Shown here piece by piece: positions 1-13,960 of a stretch of 64,000 nucleotides of DNA. The stretch is from Antedon mediterranea (Eukaryota; Animalia; Echinodermata): assembly GCF_964355755.1 (NCBI RefSeq), contig NC_092671.1:3782001-3846000 (forward strand). The letters are read 5' to 3'. Position numbers and translations under genes: made by a program. Below the pieces are notes generated by a model. That model ran no database searches. It worked only from the letters and a program-made list of their open reading frames with translations, and was not told where the DNA came from. Numbering within the stretch: the stretch's first letter is position 1; the number at the start of each line of letters is the position of its first letter.

Positions 1-2180
1 TTAAATATATTAAAGAACCGATAAATTTTATTTTATAACCCCAAATCGATTCCGGTTTTAAAAACGGTTTCCGTGGAGCAACTCATTCTTTTCTAGAAAC
101 CCGTTATTTTGAAATTTTAAAATATCAACAGGTTCTTAGACTAAGACTAAGTTGGTATCATTACGCTTTAAAAAAACACAAAAGTGCTATCGGTATAGTT
201 ATTGCATCAATGTTAACTTTTAAAAGAGGTTCCAATACCAACCACGTTGATTTTAAACAAATAATTGTGTAGGTTATTGATAACGAAAATTGCGATCAAA
301 AAGTATTTATGAATCAGTGTATTTTGCAATTACTAACATCAATTTAATACAGTACGGAACGTTATGATGACTAAATCGGCGGGTATTATATTAATAATAA
401 GTCACCATGCCGACGTTACTTTTATTGAGTTTGCAACAAAAAAAATTATCATGAATCAATGTATTTTGTGATTATTGGTATCAACACGAAATCACCTGAA
501 TGCTATTGTAATTATTTTCAACCTAATTAAATAATTATTATACAAGTTCAGCAGACACGGTGGTACTGTACCTTGGCTTTTTAGAACAAGTTAGCCATAG
601 TGAACTGGAGTTCCGTGTTAACACGTCTATCGACAACTCGAACGGAAATACTTTTTTTCTCTTTAAAAAAAGTATTTCTTATTCACAATAACGTAACGTA
701 AAAACTGTGTTTGTTATTATTTTGTATCGTTATAAATAACATCTAGACAAACACACACACACTCTGGTCCTAGACCAGTCATCTTGAAATAACCGGTTCT
801 TTTATAAGCGCTCGCGTGGCCGTCAGATATGTTTTGAAATTCGCGCTACCTTCAGCAGCTTGGCGAGACCTAGGGCAATGATTAGAGGTCTTATAAAAGA
901 ATTTGGACCAGGCGGTGCAGATCCGCTTAATTTTAGGCGTAATCAACCGCAAATCTTTTGGAGTCAGAAGATTATGCATTAAGAAACAGTTAAATTTGCT
1001 GACAGGCACTTTGTTTACTCCGCTTTATATTTACACACAAGACGACTTCAAAACAATAACAAAATGTATTGATAGTAGACCGTTTTCCTGTCTGTATAAG
1101 TAAACAGTATCTTGAAAAAATGCTGGTCCTGTGGACATCCCCTCTGATAGCGCTATTGTTCTTTGGTCGAAAATGGGAGGAAATACAACTTTCAATCAAT
1201 GTCAATTATATGGCAATCAAACATTTTGGCACATCAATCAATCGGTCATAAAACAAGATGGGTTGATCATAACTAACGTTTATGCCTTACTGCAACATAT
1301 TTATTTAGGCCTATTCAATTTAAATAGTTAAAATATAATGAGCATTATATTCCTATGGTAAAATTAAATTATGATGTGTTTTTTTGTTAGCAGCAATGTT
1401 GAGATTGAACATAATGTATGTACGATTTATAGAAAAACATTCTTATTTCAGTTTTAACACTTTAAAAAATACCGATTTTAATTCCTGACATGAAGATAGA
1501 CCCTGACAATAACTTTTTATAATGACATTACACGTTAACCACCAAGCAACGGCTCAACTAGCTTGGGTATGGACACGGTGGTGACCTATCTTTGAACTCA
1601 TGTACTGGACATTGGTCAGAAGTTTAAAGTTTTATTTTACTTTTAGTTTTTAATGGTTTTAATGCTACACGGGTAAAAAAATCACCGAAATGTATAAAAA
1701 ACCTAAGCTATAAATATTATATGTATAGGCCTATTAGAGAGAAATAAGTTTATTTCTCAATGGTATTATAGTAAGAACAAGTTGGTTAGATGAGGTTATC
1801 ATACCGACAATTCATGCAAAAGTACTTTTCAAAACATAAATTAGAAGATTGACACGGTATACTAAAAATATACTATTTATATATTCAGTATACTGAATTA
1901 TTAGTTTTGTTGTAATTTCAATCTTTGATTGGGCCTAACTGAATGTTTAGGAAATGTACAAGTGTCTATTGAACCTATTATTATAGCTTCCGATTATCCT
2001 TCCTTATAGCGCCAGCCACTTAATTATCCATGTTATTGTAAGCACCTGAGATAAAACACAGGACATTAAAACAATACAGTAAAGGTACATTTACGGACGG
2101 ATAACAAAACGTGTTGTTCTTTTTGCAACCCAAATAATATAATTAAAAAGTTTTTTAATGTACTTTAGAACTTAACAAAG

Positions 2181-2545
2181 TGTCCCTTAATAAGGGAATG
2201 TAGTATTGATTGGCCGTGTTGTTAAACCGTGAGCCCATCATTTTTGTTTCATGAGAAAGTGTCCCCCACTCTTAGTGACCCTCTGAATGGGTTGGCCGTG
2301 TTGCTAATATTATTGCCCTGGTCTGTTTCATATATAGAGTGCAGCCCCTCTTCAGGATGTCGTCTCGTCCATGGGAAACTGTCCCACATTGTGTCCCCCT
2401 GATGGTTAGGTTGTTATGTTGCTCGTTTGTTTTTCACGAAAAGTTTTCCACATTTGGGGTGTCCCTTAATATGGGTTGGCCGTGTTGCTATAGCTCCTCG
2501 GTTGTTTTTTTTTCACGGGAAAGTGTACCCCTGAGTGTTCCAAAG
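2181..2545. repeat. Degenerate tandem repeat (units roughly 60-100 bp)
   Basis: Recurring blocks AAAGTGTCCC, GGTTGGCCGTGTTG and GTTTCA(T/C)G(A/G)GAAA occur 3-5 times. Confidence 0.55.
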
Positions 2546-3080
2546 GAGGTGCTCCTCAGTGTAAGAAATAAACTGTAGGCCTAGAACTTCAACATTAGTG
2601 GTGGATGTTCACCAGACAGGTAGGCACCGGGTTTTTACACCCGTAACTGTTGCGAATAAAAGAGCCTTAGGCCGGTGAACTAATCCATAATTCGCCTATT
2701 TCCTGCAAGATTTGCACCCTTTATGACAACAAACCACACTGAAGAAAACCAACACTCATTATTAACATCAAAAGGATTTTTGACCATACATAATAACGTT
2801 TTCCCGCCGTAGGGGCAGTACTGCATCCACCCAAGCATAATGTAACACAAATGTATTCAATTTAATAATACTTACAAACTTGAATCGGATTATCGGGACA
2901 ACTTAGGCCTTTAAAATATTGGCCTATTGAAAATATCCCCAGGTGATGGAGATGAAGACGTTTTTTTCATGAGTGAAATCGCGTCAAAACACATCACTGA
3001 ATTTGAGTTGAAATAAGGTTCGCGAAATAGGATTGGGGTTAGGATTTCGTGCTATATTTTGGGGAGTAATAATAATAAAA

Positions 3081-3438
3081 ACAGTGACGTATTTGCAGTA
3101 CTTTATTATTTTGTTACTGCTGTATAACTAACATGCAGTTACTGACACACCCCTTATTTGCATAAAGAATAGAATAAGAAAAGTACAAAGTTGACATTCA
3201 GTATAATGACCTACTTATAACTAAGTTCTTCACCACAATTTATATTATTTGTTAAATTAAATTCGTCGTATATTATCAACGTAACGAATAGAATACAGTG
3301 ACGTATTTGCAGTTATACTTTATTATTTGGTTCCTGCTGTTACTATTACTAACATAGTGCAGTTACCGACTCACTACTTATTTGCATAAAGAATAGAATA
3401 AGAAAAGTACAAAGTTGACTTTCAGTATAATTACCTAC
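3081..3438. repeat. Direct duplication of ~135 bp (3081-3214 and 3295-3438)
   Basis: ACAGTGACGTATTTGCAG ... TTATTTGCATAAAGAATAGAATAAGAAAAGTACAAAGTTGAC ... CAGTATAAT is present twice. Confidence 0.85.
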
Positions 3439-6400
3439 AACTCAGACATATTCAACGGAACTATTTTAAAAGCCCTATAAAGATACATAATACAAGCAAA
3501 GCAATAAATAGAATGTCTCAACAAACGTCAACAAAATGATGAAGGAGATAGTTTAATTACAAGAAAGGGGTAGTCACTGAAACCGAAAAAAATGTATGCA
3601 AATCTCATATTGGGTTGATCCCCATGCACCACAGCTCACCCCCCCCCCCCCCCCACCACCTCACCAGTAAAGTCGGACAATTGTACCGCATAAATTATCA
3701 TGATAGACGATTATAATTTGTATATCAACTAGGCCTACTATGATTTATAGTCATGATACAGCATACATGATCTTTACCAGTCTTACTTAAAACAACTGTT
3801 AATGTTTAGTCTATTAAAGATTTCTGTTTTTAATTTTAAATCGATTCGATCGTTATTTATTGATATATTAGGCCTACGTCTAAGCAAGACGTTTGGGGAA
3901 TATAACACACTATACAATGGGTGATAAACGTAAGTGTATGCCTAATGTTTTAGTCGCAAAAGTGTACCTCAATGCAAAGTTTAGCTCTATGTATTACTGC
4001 AGCAGCAAACCGTACCCTTGACGATTCGTCTAAAAAATACCCCATTAGATCTACCCTATAAAATCATCTTATAACTACGCTACTTTAGGACCTGTTAAGG
4101 GGATGTAAAACTGAAGGCCTAAGGTACTTGAAGAGTCTGTTCTATCCTATACCCGATAAAATATTATAACTATTAACTTAAGTATTAACAAATAATATAG
4201 ATCTGTATTATGTAACAATTCCAAGCACTGGTTGTGATCGAAGTTAAACTACAGGTGACCTCTCGATAGCCGGTGTGACCAGGTGGTTTCTTGGTACCAG
4301 ATGTTCAGTTCTCTTAAAAATCAACTAAGTTCCCCAAGTCTATCTGAAGAACTGCCAATATCGAATGACTTTTGGCTGAAAAGTCCCACGGAAATCAATC
4401 AACCAGAACCAGGTACATTAAACAACTCGAGAGCGTCCCTAGCAACTTTCTCACGGTCCTAAAACAATCTAAACCATAAAAGCACGCCACCGTTCGCTTG
4501 GGTATGGGACAATAGTATTCTACTTCTGTTTAATGAGGCATATAACGATACAATAATGTTAGTGGCTTCATCACACTATGTTTCTTATGTATAGGAATTA
4601 ATTGTTTTGTGTTGGTTCATTTGTCGCGAACTATAGCGTATTTTCCACCTCTTATTAGGTTAGATGACGACACAGGCAAGAGAGGGAGTCCTTTCCCATG
4701 GCGCTCAGCCAGGTGAGTGGTTGCTTGACAATGGAATCTTCCAGGTGTAAACGCACCTTTTGTGATGTCATCCCGTAGTAAAAGCAAGCCAGCGCACAAT
4801 TTGTGCATCGCTATTCGGACCTGTTCACGCGATTAAAAGGCAACCGCGTCCGCTCATTACCATTCCCACACACTTGTAAAGAACTGAAAGCTAAATAATT
4901 TGTGACAACTGCACACGAACCGACGGTATAATTTTCGTATGCCCATCCCACTCCCATTATCGATTGTTAGTTTAAGATGACAAAAATAATACTTGTATGA
5001 CAGACCTGTTTAATAACAAGACAATACTGATCTTTGATTTAACAACTAGGCAAAATAAATCCCTTTATTTCATCATTTTTGGAGTTGTATGATTTGTCAT
5101 CAAAATTGCAAGTGACTAACAATTTCTTTTTATTTAACCGTTTATTTTTATTGAACCATGTTTTATGAGGGTAGACCATTCAGCAAAGCTGATCATTGGG
5201 GCCCTCGACAATACAATACAAACAAAAACACGTTATCATAAAAAATTACTATATAAATATAAAAAATCGATACAATTGTTTAAGTTCTTTCTTTTTTGGC
5301 CATTAAAAATCATCTAGAGAAATTGACAGATGAATAGTGATATTAGAGGTCGAGTCAATTATTTATTATATTATGTGCATGTTCATTGGCTTTGAGTGGG
5401 TCTATTTAAAAATGTACATGTTTTGCGTAGGTTCACGATCCTACTTGGCATTACCTGGTTTGATATTATTATTATTGATTGGCCTGACTCCACACCGACA
5501 CATTATAATAATAATTCAACATTTATTAGTTTCTATCAATGGTAAAACAATACAATAAAAAGGAATGATACATACATAAACCATTAGGCCTACCTATATT
5601 GCGCTTTATAAAAAAGCGCGCATTACAGACAACTAAACTAAATGTTAAGCAGCAAAGTTATGAAAAAGTATGATTATATTTCTTAACTTAATGGGATTTG
5701 ACGCCTCACGAATGCGCAATACGAGGGCCGGCGACATGGATGGACTGTGTTTCCCCGTATAGCCCGTGACGCCCACATTATTAATTGCCATGCCCCGGGA
5801 ATGTAAAGTTTCACTGAAGAGTGAAAGGGGTGTTATATCTTGTTTGTAATAAGGTAAAATAAAGAAGGATATTTTTTATTCAACATAAAAGCAACGCCCT
5901 ACCGTAGTCGTCTTGACTGTAGGTCAACGTAAGTAGCCTCGGCTAGGCTAGACTCGTAGTAATAAATAGTATACAGGCCTAGGCTAGCCTATAGGCTAGG
6001 CGGCCTACCTCGGACAACCATCACAACTTCCTTAGTTTTAGCGAGGATATGCCTAGAGATATTAAAGTCCTCCTTAAAATCCAGTACATTTTAAATGACA
6101 AAAACTCTACATTATATACGAAATATATGATTTGATTTCCGACAGACATGAGTCAAATTTGTCTTCAAATTTACCGGCTTTTTTACATCCTGAAATCGTC
6201 TGTTCGATATCTAGCGCCCTCAGTATACAATTATCTAAACAGGTTTTTTTTTCCCCAAATATTTTGATATTCAATTCAATTCAATTCAAATAAACATTTA
6301 TTTCTTTCATATTCATATTTGAGTAAAACATTATAATTTCTGATATTTTATATATATTTTTTTAAGAGTTATAATACAGTAAATCATAATGTATGAAAAA

Positions 6401-6716
6401 GGTGATTCAGTTATATTAAAATGAAAGAGACAAAAAAACCCAAGAAAGTATCAAATCAAATTCTTTTTTAACCTTTAATGCTATAAAGAAAATTTCCTTC
6501 ACAGTAACTATTATTACAAAAATAATGTACAGTTTTTAAAGTATTTATTCTTTTTCAATTCTAGGCCTACTGGAAAATACAGGCCTAGACATATTATTTC
6601 CCATAACATCTTCGGTAAAATGGATTTAAAAAACAACCGATTACACGATAGCGGTGTAAAACATATAGAAACACATAATTTGAAAAAGTTCACAAATTAA
6701 AAAAATTAAAAAATTT

Positions 6717-6789
6717 CGATCCTGCCAGGACTCGAACCTGGAATCCCCTGATTCGTAGTCAGATGCCTTATCCATTGGGCCACAGGACC
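6717..6789 (-). tRNA. trnR-ACG: tRNA-Arg (anticodon ACG)
   Basis: Minus strand reads GGTCCTGTGGCCCAATGGATAAGGCATCTGACT-ACG-AATCAGGGGATTCCAGGTTCGAGTCCTGGCAGGATCG (73 nt). Acceptor stem GGTCCTG/CAGGATC, A and B boxes, and T-runs (Pol III terminator) immediately downstream. Confidence 0.97.
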
Positions 6790-8229
6790 AGTTATGAATC
6801 ATACGGGGGAAATGGCTAGTTAATCACATGATCGAAAATCACATAAGACATATGATTATAATCTAGGTAATTGTCTCAAGAAAAATATTTGTATCTACCA
6901 TATTTAAATACTAAGTTAATGATTATAATAGAAACCTCTACAATGAAAAAAGAAACGATAATAAATTATAACTTTATCGAAGCATGACGTCATAGATTGT
7001 TGGGATAAAACTATAGAGGGGGTATATCCAATTTTTGTAAACGCCAGGAGAAGATTCAATGGCGAATGCAGCTAGCTGACATGATTACTTAATGTACTGT
7101 AAAGTGCGTACAGAGGTAGTCATCATTTCCACACAAAAACAATCAGCAGTAGTGATGATATGATATTAATTTCGATTTCTAGGTTCGATTTTCGAAAAAT
7201 TAACCGAAAATTATTACAAATAAATTTAGGCCTACGTTAACAGTGTTCACTCTATTCACCTGATACAATTAGGTTTAGCGTATACACCAACGACCAATGA
7301 TAAACCAAGAAGTCACCGATAAATTGACCCTTTTACTGACTGACCACCACTGACCACAAACGACCAAACTACAAAATGCGTTTGATTTTTTTATGATTCT
7401 GAACAGTAGGCCTACTGTTCATTTATCCAATATATAAAAACAATTTGCTTTAAACACGCAAAACAATTTACAATGTCATAGAAAAAATATCCCGTTTTTT
7501 TTATTACGCTATAAAATCCCACTTAATGTTTGCTTTTAAAGGGTTAATTAACTACCGGTAGATCTTAGGTAAAATATTTACAAATGTGTAACGTTAGAAT
7601 GCCATTACCCTCTGTATTTAGTTCAAGGACATAGTAATTATTATATTATATTATGACTTCCTCATACCTTGGACCATGGAGAAATCTCCATGCTTGGACG
7701 AACCTATGTTCTTAGCATAACACGTTGCATACGTATATACACGTACTTGTCTAGCTCTAACACTCTTAATACTATAAATAAACCCTTCTATGATACATTT
7801 TAGTTCAATTCTAGATGATAGAGCGAAGCGTCGTGTAATGTGAAGGAAACACCGGGGAAGGGTCCATCATCCCGACAGAGACATTTGTATTTTTACTGTA
7901 CTGTAACTTCAACGTTTCATTTATATAAAATAGGCTATCTATAGCAACATAATACCTACAATCACCAAGAATTTAATTTCTGATAACTTAATATTTCTTA
8001 TTTTCAACAACACAAACCAGAGATAATCGGGAAATAAGTGAACTAAATCTTCAGCAATATTGAATACTGAACAACAATGTAACATACAATGTAAACACTG
8101 GATAATACTATAATATTCGGAGATATGCAAAATAAGTAAAGAAGGATCTACACGCGCTCTGGACAAACATATACAACATTACCGCACAATACAAATGTAT
8201 TGTTTACTTAAGTCTTCTATATAAACAGA

Positions 8230-8530
8230 GAGGATGCTGATTGGACAAAAGTTTATAAAGCGTAAAGCCATTTGGTTGGTCAACACGTTCACGTGACTAT
8301 TGTATTGACTCAAGGCCAATCAAATGCCACGAATGAGTTAAAGACCACCTCCCGATCGTCATCAAACACGTGCTTTCACTGCCTATCAGCTGGTAAACGG
8401 AATTTGTAAGACCACCAGCATTTACACTAAACGGGTCATCAGTTTCGATTTATACAGCATCGTTTATATAGGACTTTGTTCCCACGACTGATCCCGTGAT
8501 AAAATACCTTGTACATACTGCCTGGTGAGT
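8230..8530 (+). promoter_or_regulatory. Probable CDK4/6 promoter and non-coding first exon
   Basis: ATTGG at ~8240, CCAAT at 8316, CACGTG E-boxes at 8290 and 8367, and a strong donor CTG|GTGAGT at 8524/8525. The first coding exon has an acceptor (15395) that needs an upstream donor. Confidence 0.45.
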
Positions 8531-11500
8531 GACGCAGGGCCTAGCTACTAGGCCATGCTTTATTGTTCTCTAGGCTAGCGTTAATATTCCTTTCTCCACT
8601 CATATCCCTGTCTCAGTTTGGTTTTTTTGTGTGTATGCAGGTTTGTACACAACAAGCTGTCGGTAGGCCCACAAGAACAATCAATATTTTTTTATTCTAA
8701 TATTTTTTTTAATTTTTAAAGACAAATTTTAATTATTAGGTTTAGGCCTAGACTTGAGTAATATTTTAATCTTATGTATATCAAACGGTAGTTCTGTAAA
8801 TATGTTCAGTATTATTATTGTATTAATGTACCACCCAAAGAGTATAAAGACGTGCGCACGACGCACGTGTGTTGCACAATCAATGCTCTGACAATAGACA
8901 AACATTTATAGTATTACTAGCTACTACTATACTAAGGCTAGGCCTATGTCTGTATTTGGGGAAAAAGAAATAGAATATTATTATATAGACACTAAATTGA
9001 AACTAATTGTAGGTTTCCCAATTCAATAGATGAAATAATAATAATATATATATAGGCCTATGGTTTCGGAACCATTTCTTTTGGTTTAATTAATAATAAA
9101 ATGGAGTGAGTTTCGCATCATCATTTTCTTTAGGGGCCAGGCCCTCAGTCTCAGGCTCATCAAGAAATATGTCTAGATGTCCAGAAATATGGTAATATCC
9201 AAGGGGTTGTGCTTGGGGCGCCATACTCTTTGATGTTTTTTTAATAGGCTATTATTTATATTATTATTAATTTATAATTGTGTTAGTGCTTTCCTGTTTT
9301 TTAAATCCTGGACGATAACAAAACACAAAAGTGCATTGCGTTTTATATCTATCCAATAAATTATTGTAATATTAATTTAAGCACTTCCAAGTGGCATACT
9401 TTAAAATACATGCCTACTGTATAATTATTGTTAGCAAAAATAAGTTTTAACCTTTTTTGGTTGCAATTTAGATATTATTTGCAATGTATTTATGAACAGC
9501 TTTAGTTTAGTTTCTGTCTGTTTTCTTAAAAAAGTGTTTGAATAAGATATAAGCATGAGGATTTGGGTTGGTTGCCTTTTGGTAGGGTAGAAAGGTTCTA
9601 AAATAAATCAACAGGTCTAAGATATTACAGATTGGTTACCCCACCCACATTATGCCCAGTATTATAATGGTAAATATCTCTAGTAATTAGTAATGATTAG
9701 TTATAATAGGCTTAGGAATAACATTTTCTATTGACTGTCGGCCCTTGTCGCTTTCATTATTATTAAAGCAGCTTTTTATTAGGCAAGCATTTCAAGTAGT
9801 TGTGTTTGCATTTAATGAATGGGATCTTATTATAGAAGGCCCAGCTTTTATCAATGTATTGGGCTTGACATACTTAACCAATTGGTGTACCTTTATTATG
9901 GAGATCAGTTCTCCATAAAGCCTTTGAAAGTTTTCTTAAGAGATCAGGGAATTGTATTTGTAGAGTTGAGTTATTTCTTCCATGCATACCTCCATTTTGG
10001 AACTTTCAATTTCATTTTTACAGAATACTGTACATAGACCTGATTACCTTATCAATTGTTGTTATCATTATCAAAACTACTTTTGCCTTTACTGGGAACC
10101 ACCAGAAAACAGAAATAAACACACATGAGATATAAATATTATTAATGTTTAACATTTTTTAAAAATCCCTGACTACAAGTGTACTGATTAAAAAATCATG
10201 ATTTATTTCATTCAGGCCAACATCCAATTTTATTTCGCCTCCTTAGATCCCCACACAACAATATAATCAACAGAGAGCAGATTGATTTTGTGTAATTAAA
10301 TATAAAATAAATTTTGAATTGACTTCTGAATTGCCATACTAAATGAAGACATTCTTGTAGTTTCAAACAGAATCATTTTCACTGTATAAATACTGTATAA
10401 CTATAGTGTTTTTTTTAATTGAATTGTATCAAATTTGTTACAGTGGGTGGATTATAAAATCAACTGGCAAATATAAGGGCATATTACAGTACTTAATGTA
10501 TTACTGTAGGTAGGATAATTTTTAATTTACAAGACTAACCAACCTTCAACCATTTTTCAAAATAACTTAATAATAAAAAGAAGTCCAACTTCTGACTAGC
10601 TCAACTATATTGTGTTGTTGTTGATGGTTTCATTAAATTATAATTTATTTATTAAAATTATTGGAGGTTGATTAGGATTTGCTGTAATATTGTTGCACGA
10701 TTATAAATAATAACATTTATATTTTTTCATAATATTAGTTTTTTTTAGTAAAATAATAATTCCACAGGAAATTTACAATTAAAACAGAATGTAAATTACA
10801 GGCCGAAGCTGGTAAAGAACTAAATCAAGCGAATATAACAGCACTAGTATCAGATGCAATGAGAACTCTGCCTTAAGCAGGTTTCCACAAATACTCACAA
10901 TTTTTTAAATGCATTGCAGTATGAATAAAGTATAAAACTTAACACAATAACACAACAGATCGGTATGGGGGATTATTAATTTTAACAAAAGAACAATGAT
11001 TTTTGTTAAAAATAATAAGAAAAAAACTTTTACCCATGCTCAGGATCAATAAACTTATAAAATCTAATATTTATAGTTGGCTTCTTAAAATCAAAAACTT
11101 CTTTAAATTGTAATGTTTTTCCACATGTTGGCTCTGTCTCTTCACCTAAATCCCACCCCAGTTCACTGTAGCTTTATTATGAGCTGCATCAACACACCAA
11201 GAGTCGTCCAAAAACTATTCTTCCAAAAATGTATACCTTTATTTTTGTTGAAATTAAGTTATTTTACCCAAAAATGGTGACATTTTTTAGTTGCAATTAC
11301 AAAGGAATTGCTAAACCACTGAGTTATATTGGCTTTTGTTTTTCCTGACCTGTTATTTTTGTTTTTTATTTGGTCAAATAAATATGGTAAATGAAGAGAA
11401 TTCAGCCAATCAGAAAGCAGAAAATGTTAAGTTTAATTTTTACCATAAACCTATTTTTTACATGTTACATTTATACAAGACTTTTTATTTTTATCCTACA

Positions 11501-12852
11501 GTACAAGAATTCTAGTAAAACCTTGTATTATTATGTTATTATGTAATACTGTATTAATAACATCATTTTCATAAAAGAAAAACGATGTTGCCCTCATAAA
11601 ACTTTGGGAGAAACAAGGTTTTGAAAGAATAGATACAATACTGTAGGTGAATATTTTGCTGTGAATATTTGTTGCTTCTATTAAACTGTACCAATCAACT
11701 ATCTGAGAAATTAACAAAATGTAAACACTCCAAAAACCAGAATTCCCTAAAATGTTTTCTTATTAATATTTACAATTTATGAACACCTATTCCTTTGAAT
11801 AAGCCTTAAGATTTTGGTTTGGAGAGTATACTTTTTCATGATTAACAACACTTATATTATAAAAAAAGTATTATTGGCCAAACAAAATAACAAATTTAAG
11901 ATGTAAAGTTATACAGTAGTTCTGTCAAAAAATAAAAAACATTAACTTGTTGCTCTGCTGAAGGCTAACAACACATTGTAACAGATATTTAAACACTACT
12001 AAATGACCGATAACAATAACGAGTTGAGCCCCAGAACTGGGGGATTGGAAGGTATGCACTTTACTGATATACCACAATAAGTGCTGATGTAAAACCTATT
12101 CTACTTAAAAAAGATCTAGATTATGTAACTGATTAGAGTCAGAGATGAATCCCCAGACTTTGGTATTGGGAAGCATGCACTTTGCTGATAATATACCAGT
12201 ACCATACTATACTATACTATTACTAATGTAAAAATCTACTGTACTAGTTAGTACAGTTTAATCGTGGAGGACTAAGTTACTCCATGGTTTAATACAACAC
12301 ATGTTCCTCTTAAAATTAGCACAATATGATTTTTCTTGTTGTTTTAATGATGATTTATTGCTCAATTAGTTAGTTTGGTTTTACTGATCTTAAGTAGGTT
12401 CCACAAATTATTCACAATGTTCCTCAAGAGAAACATTCAAACAAAGAGAATATTTTAAAATCAGGAAGTTGGCAGTAAAACTTATCCAAACAAAGAAACA
12501 CATTACAGTTGGTTTACTTCATCATGAGGTTCTTTTAGGGTTTTTTTTTGGTCTTCTTTTCCAAAAAAAACAATTTTTGAATACTATACTAAGTTTATTT
12601 TTATAATAAATAAGATTGTATTGCTGTATGACAGAGTTTAGTCTACAAAAGTTGGCAAAGATTATTTTACTGGGATTTACCAAATGTGTCTGTATGATAC
12701 AGTAATAGCAAGCTTTTAAAACAAGTGGCGCAGTGCAGCGTGTACGACGACGTGCAATCTAGTATGCAATTTACAGGTGCATAGGGATACAATAAACTTC
12801 AATGTACCGTTGCCTGGAGGGAGTCAACGCAAGGCAGTTTGTGTAGGTACTT

Positions 12853-13960
12853 TTCAATTCAATTCAATTCAAGGAACATTTATTCACGTCCAAAAGACAA
12901 AAGTAACATAAACAAAATGGCAAGTGATAAAACAAGAAAATGGACGAAGGCAAATCCCAAAAAGATTACAATCTTGTGACGGGATTGCCTTTACAAAATA
13001 TTTAAATAAGAGAAGAAAAAAAAAAAAAAATATATAAATAAAGAAAATAAATTAATTAGACAATAAAGAAATACAAAATATATATAAAACCAGTAGATAA
13101 AAGTTGGAATAAAAAATAAAAAAAAGAACAGAAAAAAGTACAGCTGCATGGCATATAGCGAATATGATGACAATTGAATAATAAAGATAGCAAGTCACGG
13201 AACATGGAAAAAACGACCATATCAATCATATCGATCAGTAATGAGACAAAAGGTAATTTTTTATGTTATTATTAAATGAATAGCGGTTGGCAGCACAGGA
13301 AATTGAGGGGGGTAAATTGTTAAACAATAGAGGTCCAGAATATCTAATGCTATGTTGAAAATAATTGGTGTTATGGTTAGGGATATACAGTATATGTTAT
13401 TTCTTGTTCTAGTATAATATTTATGAACGGTATTATTAGGAGCGAAAAGGTCGTTTAGATGGCAAGGGAGAAGTGAGTGAGTGGCCAAAAAAACAAAGAC
13501 ACCTTGCTGGGATAGGTTAATGTCCGAGAGTTTGAGAAGATTGAGTTTGGAGAATAAGTGGGAGGAATGTGACAGTGGATGAGCGCCAGATATAGTCCTG
13601 ATAGCTTTTTTTTGTAGGATAGAGAGTTTAATGATGTTTGAAGGGTAAGTGTTGGCCCAGACAATGTTACCATAGCTCAAATAAGGAAGGATGAGTGTGC
13701 AATAAAGGGTCCTGAGAATATTAGTTGGGAGGAAGGAAGAAAGCCTAGAAATGATCCCAAGGTTCTTAGACACTTTGTTCTCAATTTCTTGGATATGGGG
13801 TTTCCATGAGAGAGAGTTGTCGATGATAATGCCAAGAAATTTATTATACTTAACAGAGGGGATTTCTTGATTATCAATAACGACTTTAAATGGGGACACA
13901 TCAATACCTCTAGTCAACTGCGGGGTTCCGAATAGGATGTAACTACATTTATTATGATTG
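12853..13960 (-). mobile_element. Truncated CR1/L2-type LINE (RT C-terminal part plus 3' UTR)
   Basis: ORF 13261-14043 has KFLGIIIDNSLSWKPHI and LYCTLILPYLSYGNIVW, typical of the non-LTR RT thumb/C-terminal region. The minus-strand 3' end has AATAAA followed by a (TTGAA)n tail at 12853-12872. Confidence 0.88.

Noticed and set aside
779-1331. Cluster of overlapping short ORFs in GC-richer DNA
   Set aside because: No recognisable motif or convincing splice pair. It may be UTR or regulatory sequence.
4255-4808. Exon-like segment (CAG|GTGACC...CCAG|GTAC) and a 63-aa ORF
   Set aside because: Stops occur in all frames across the putative exon and there is no domain similarity.
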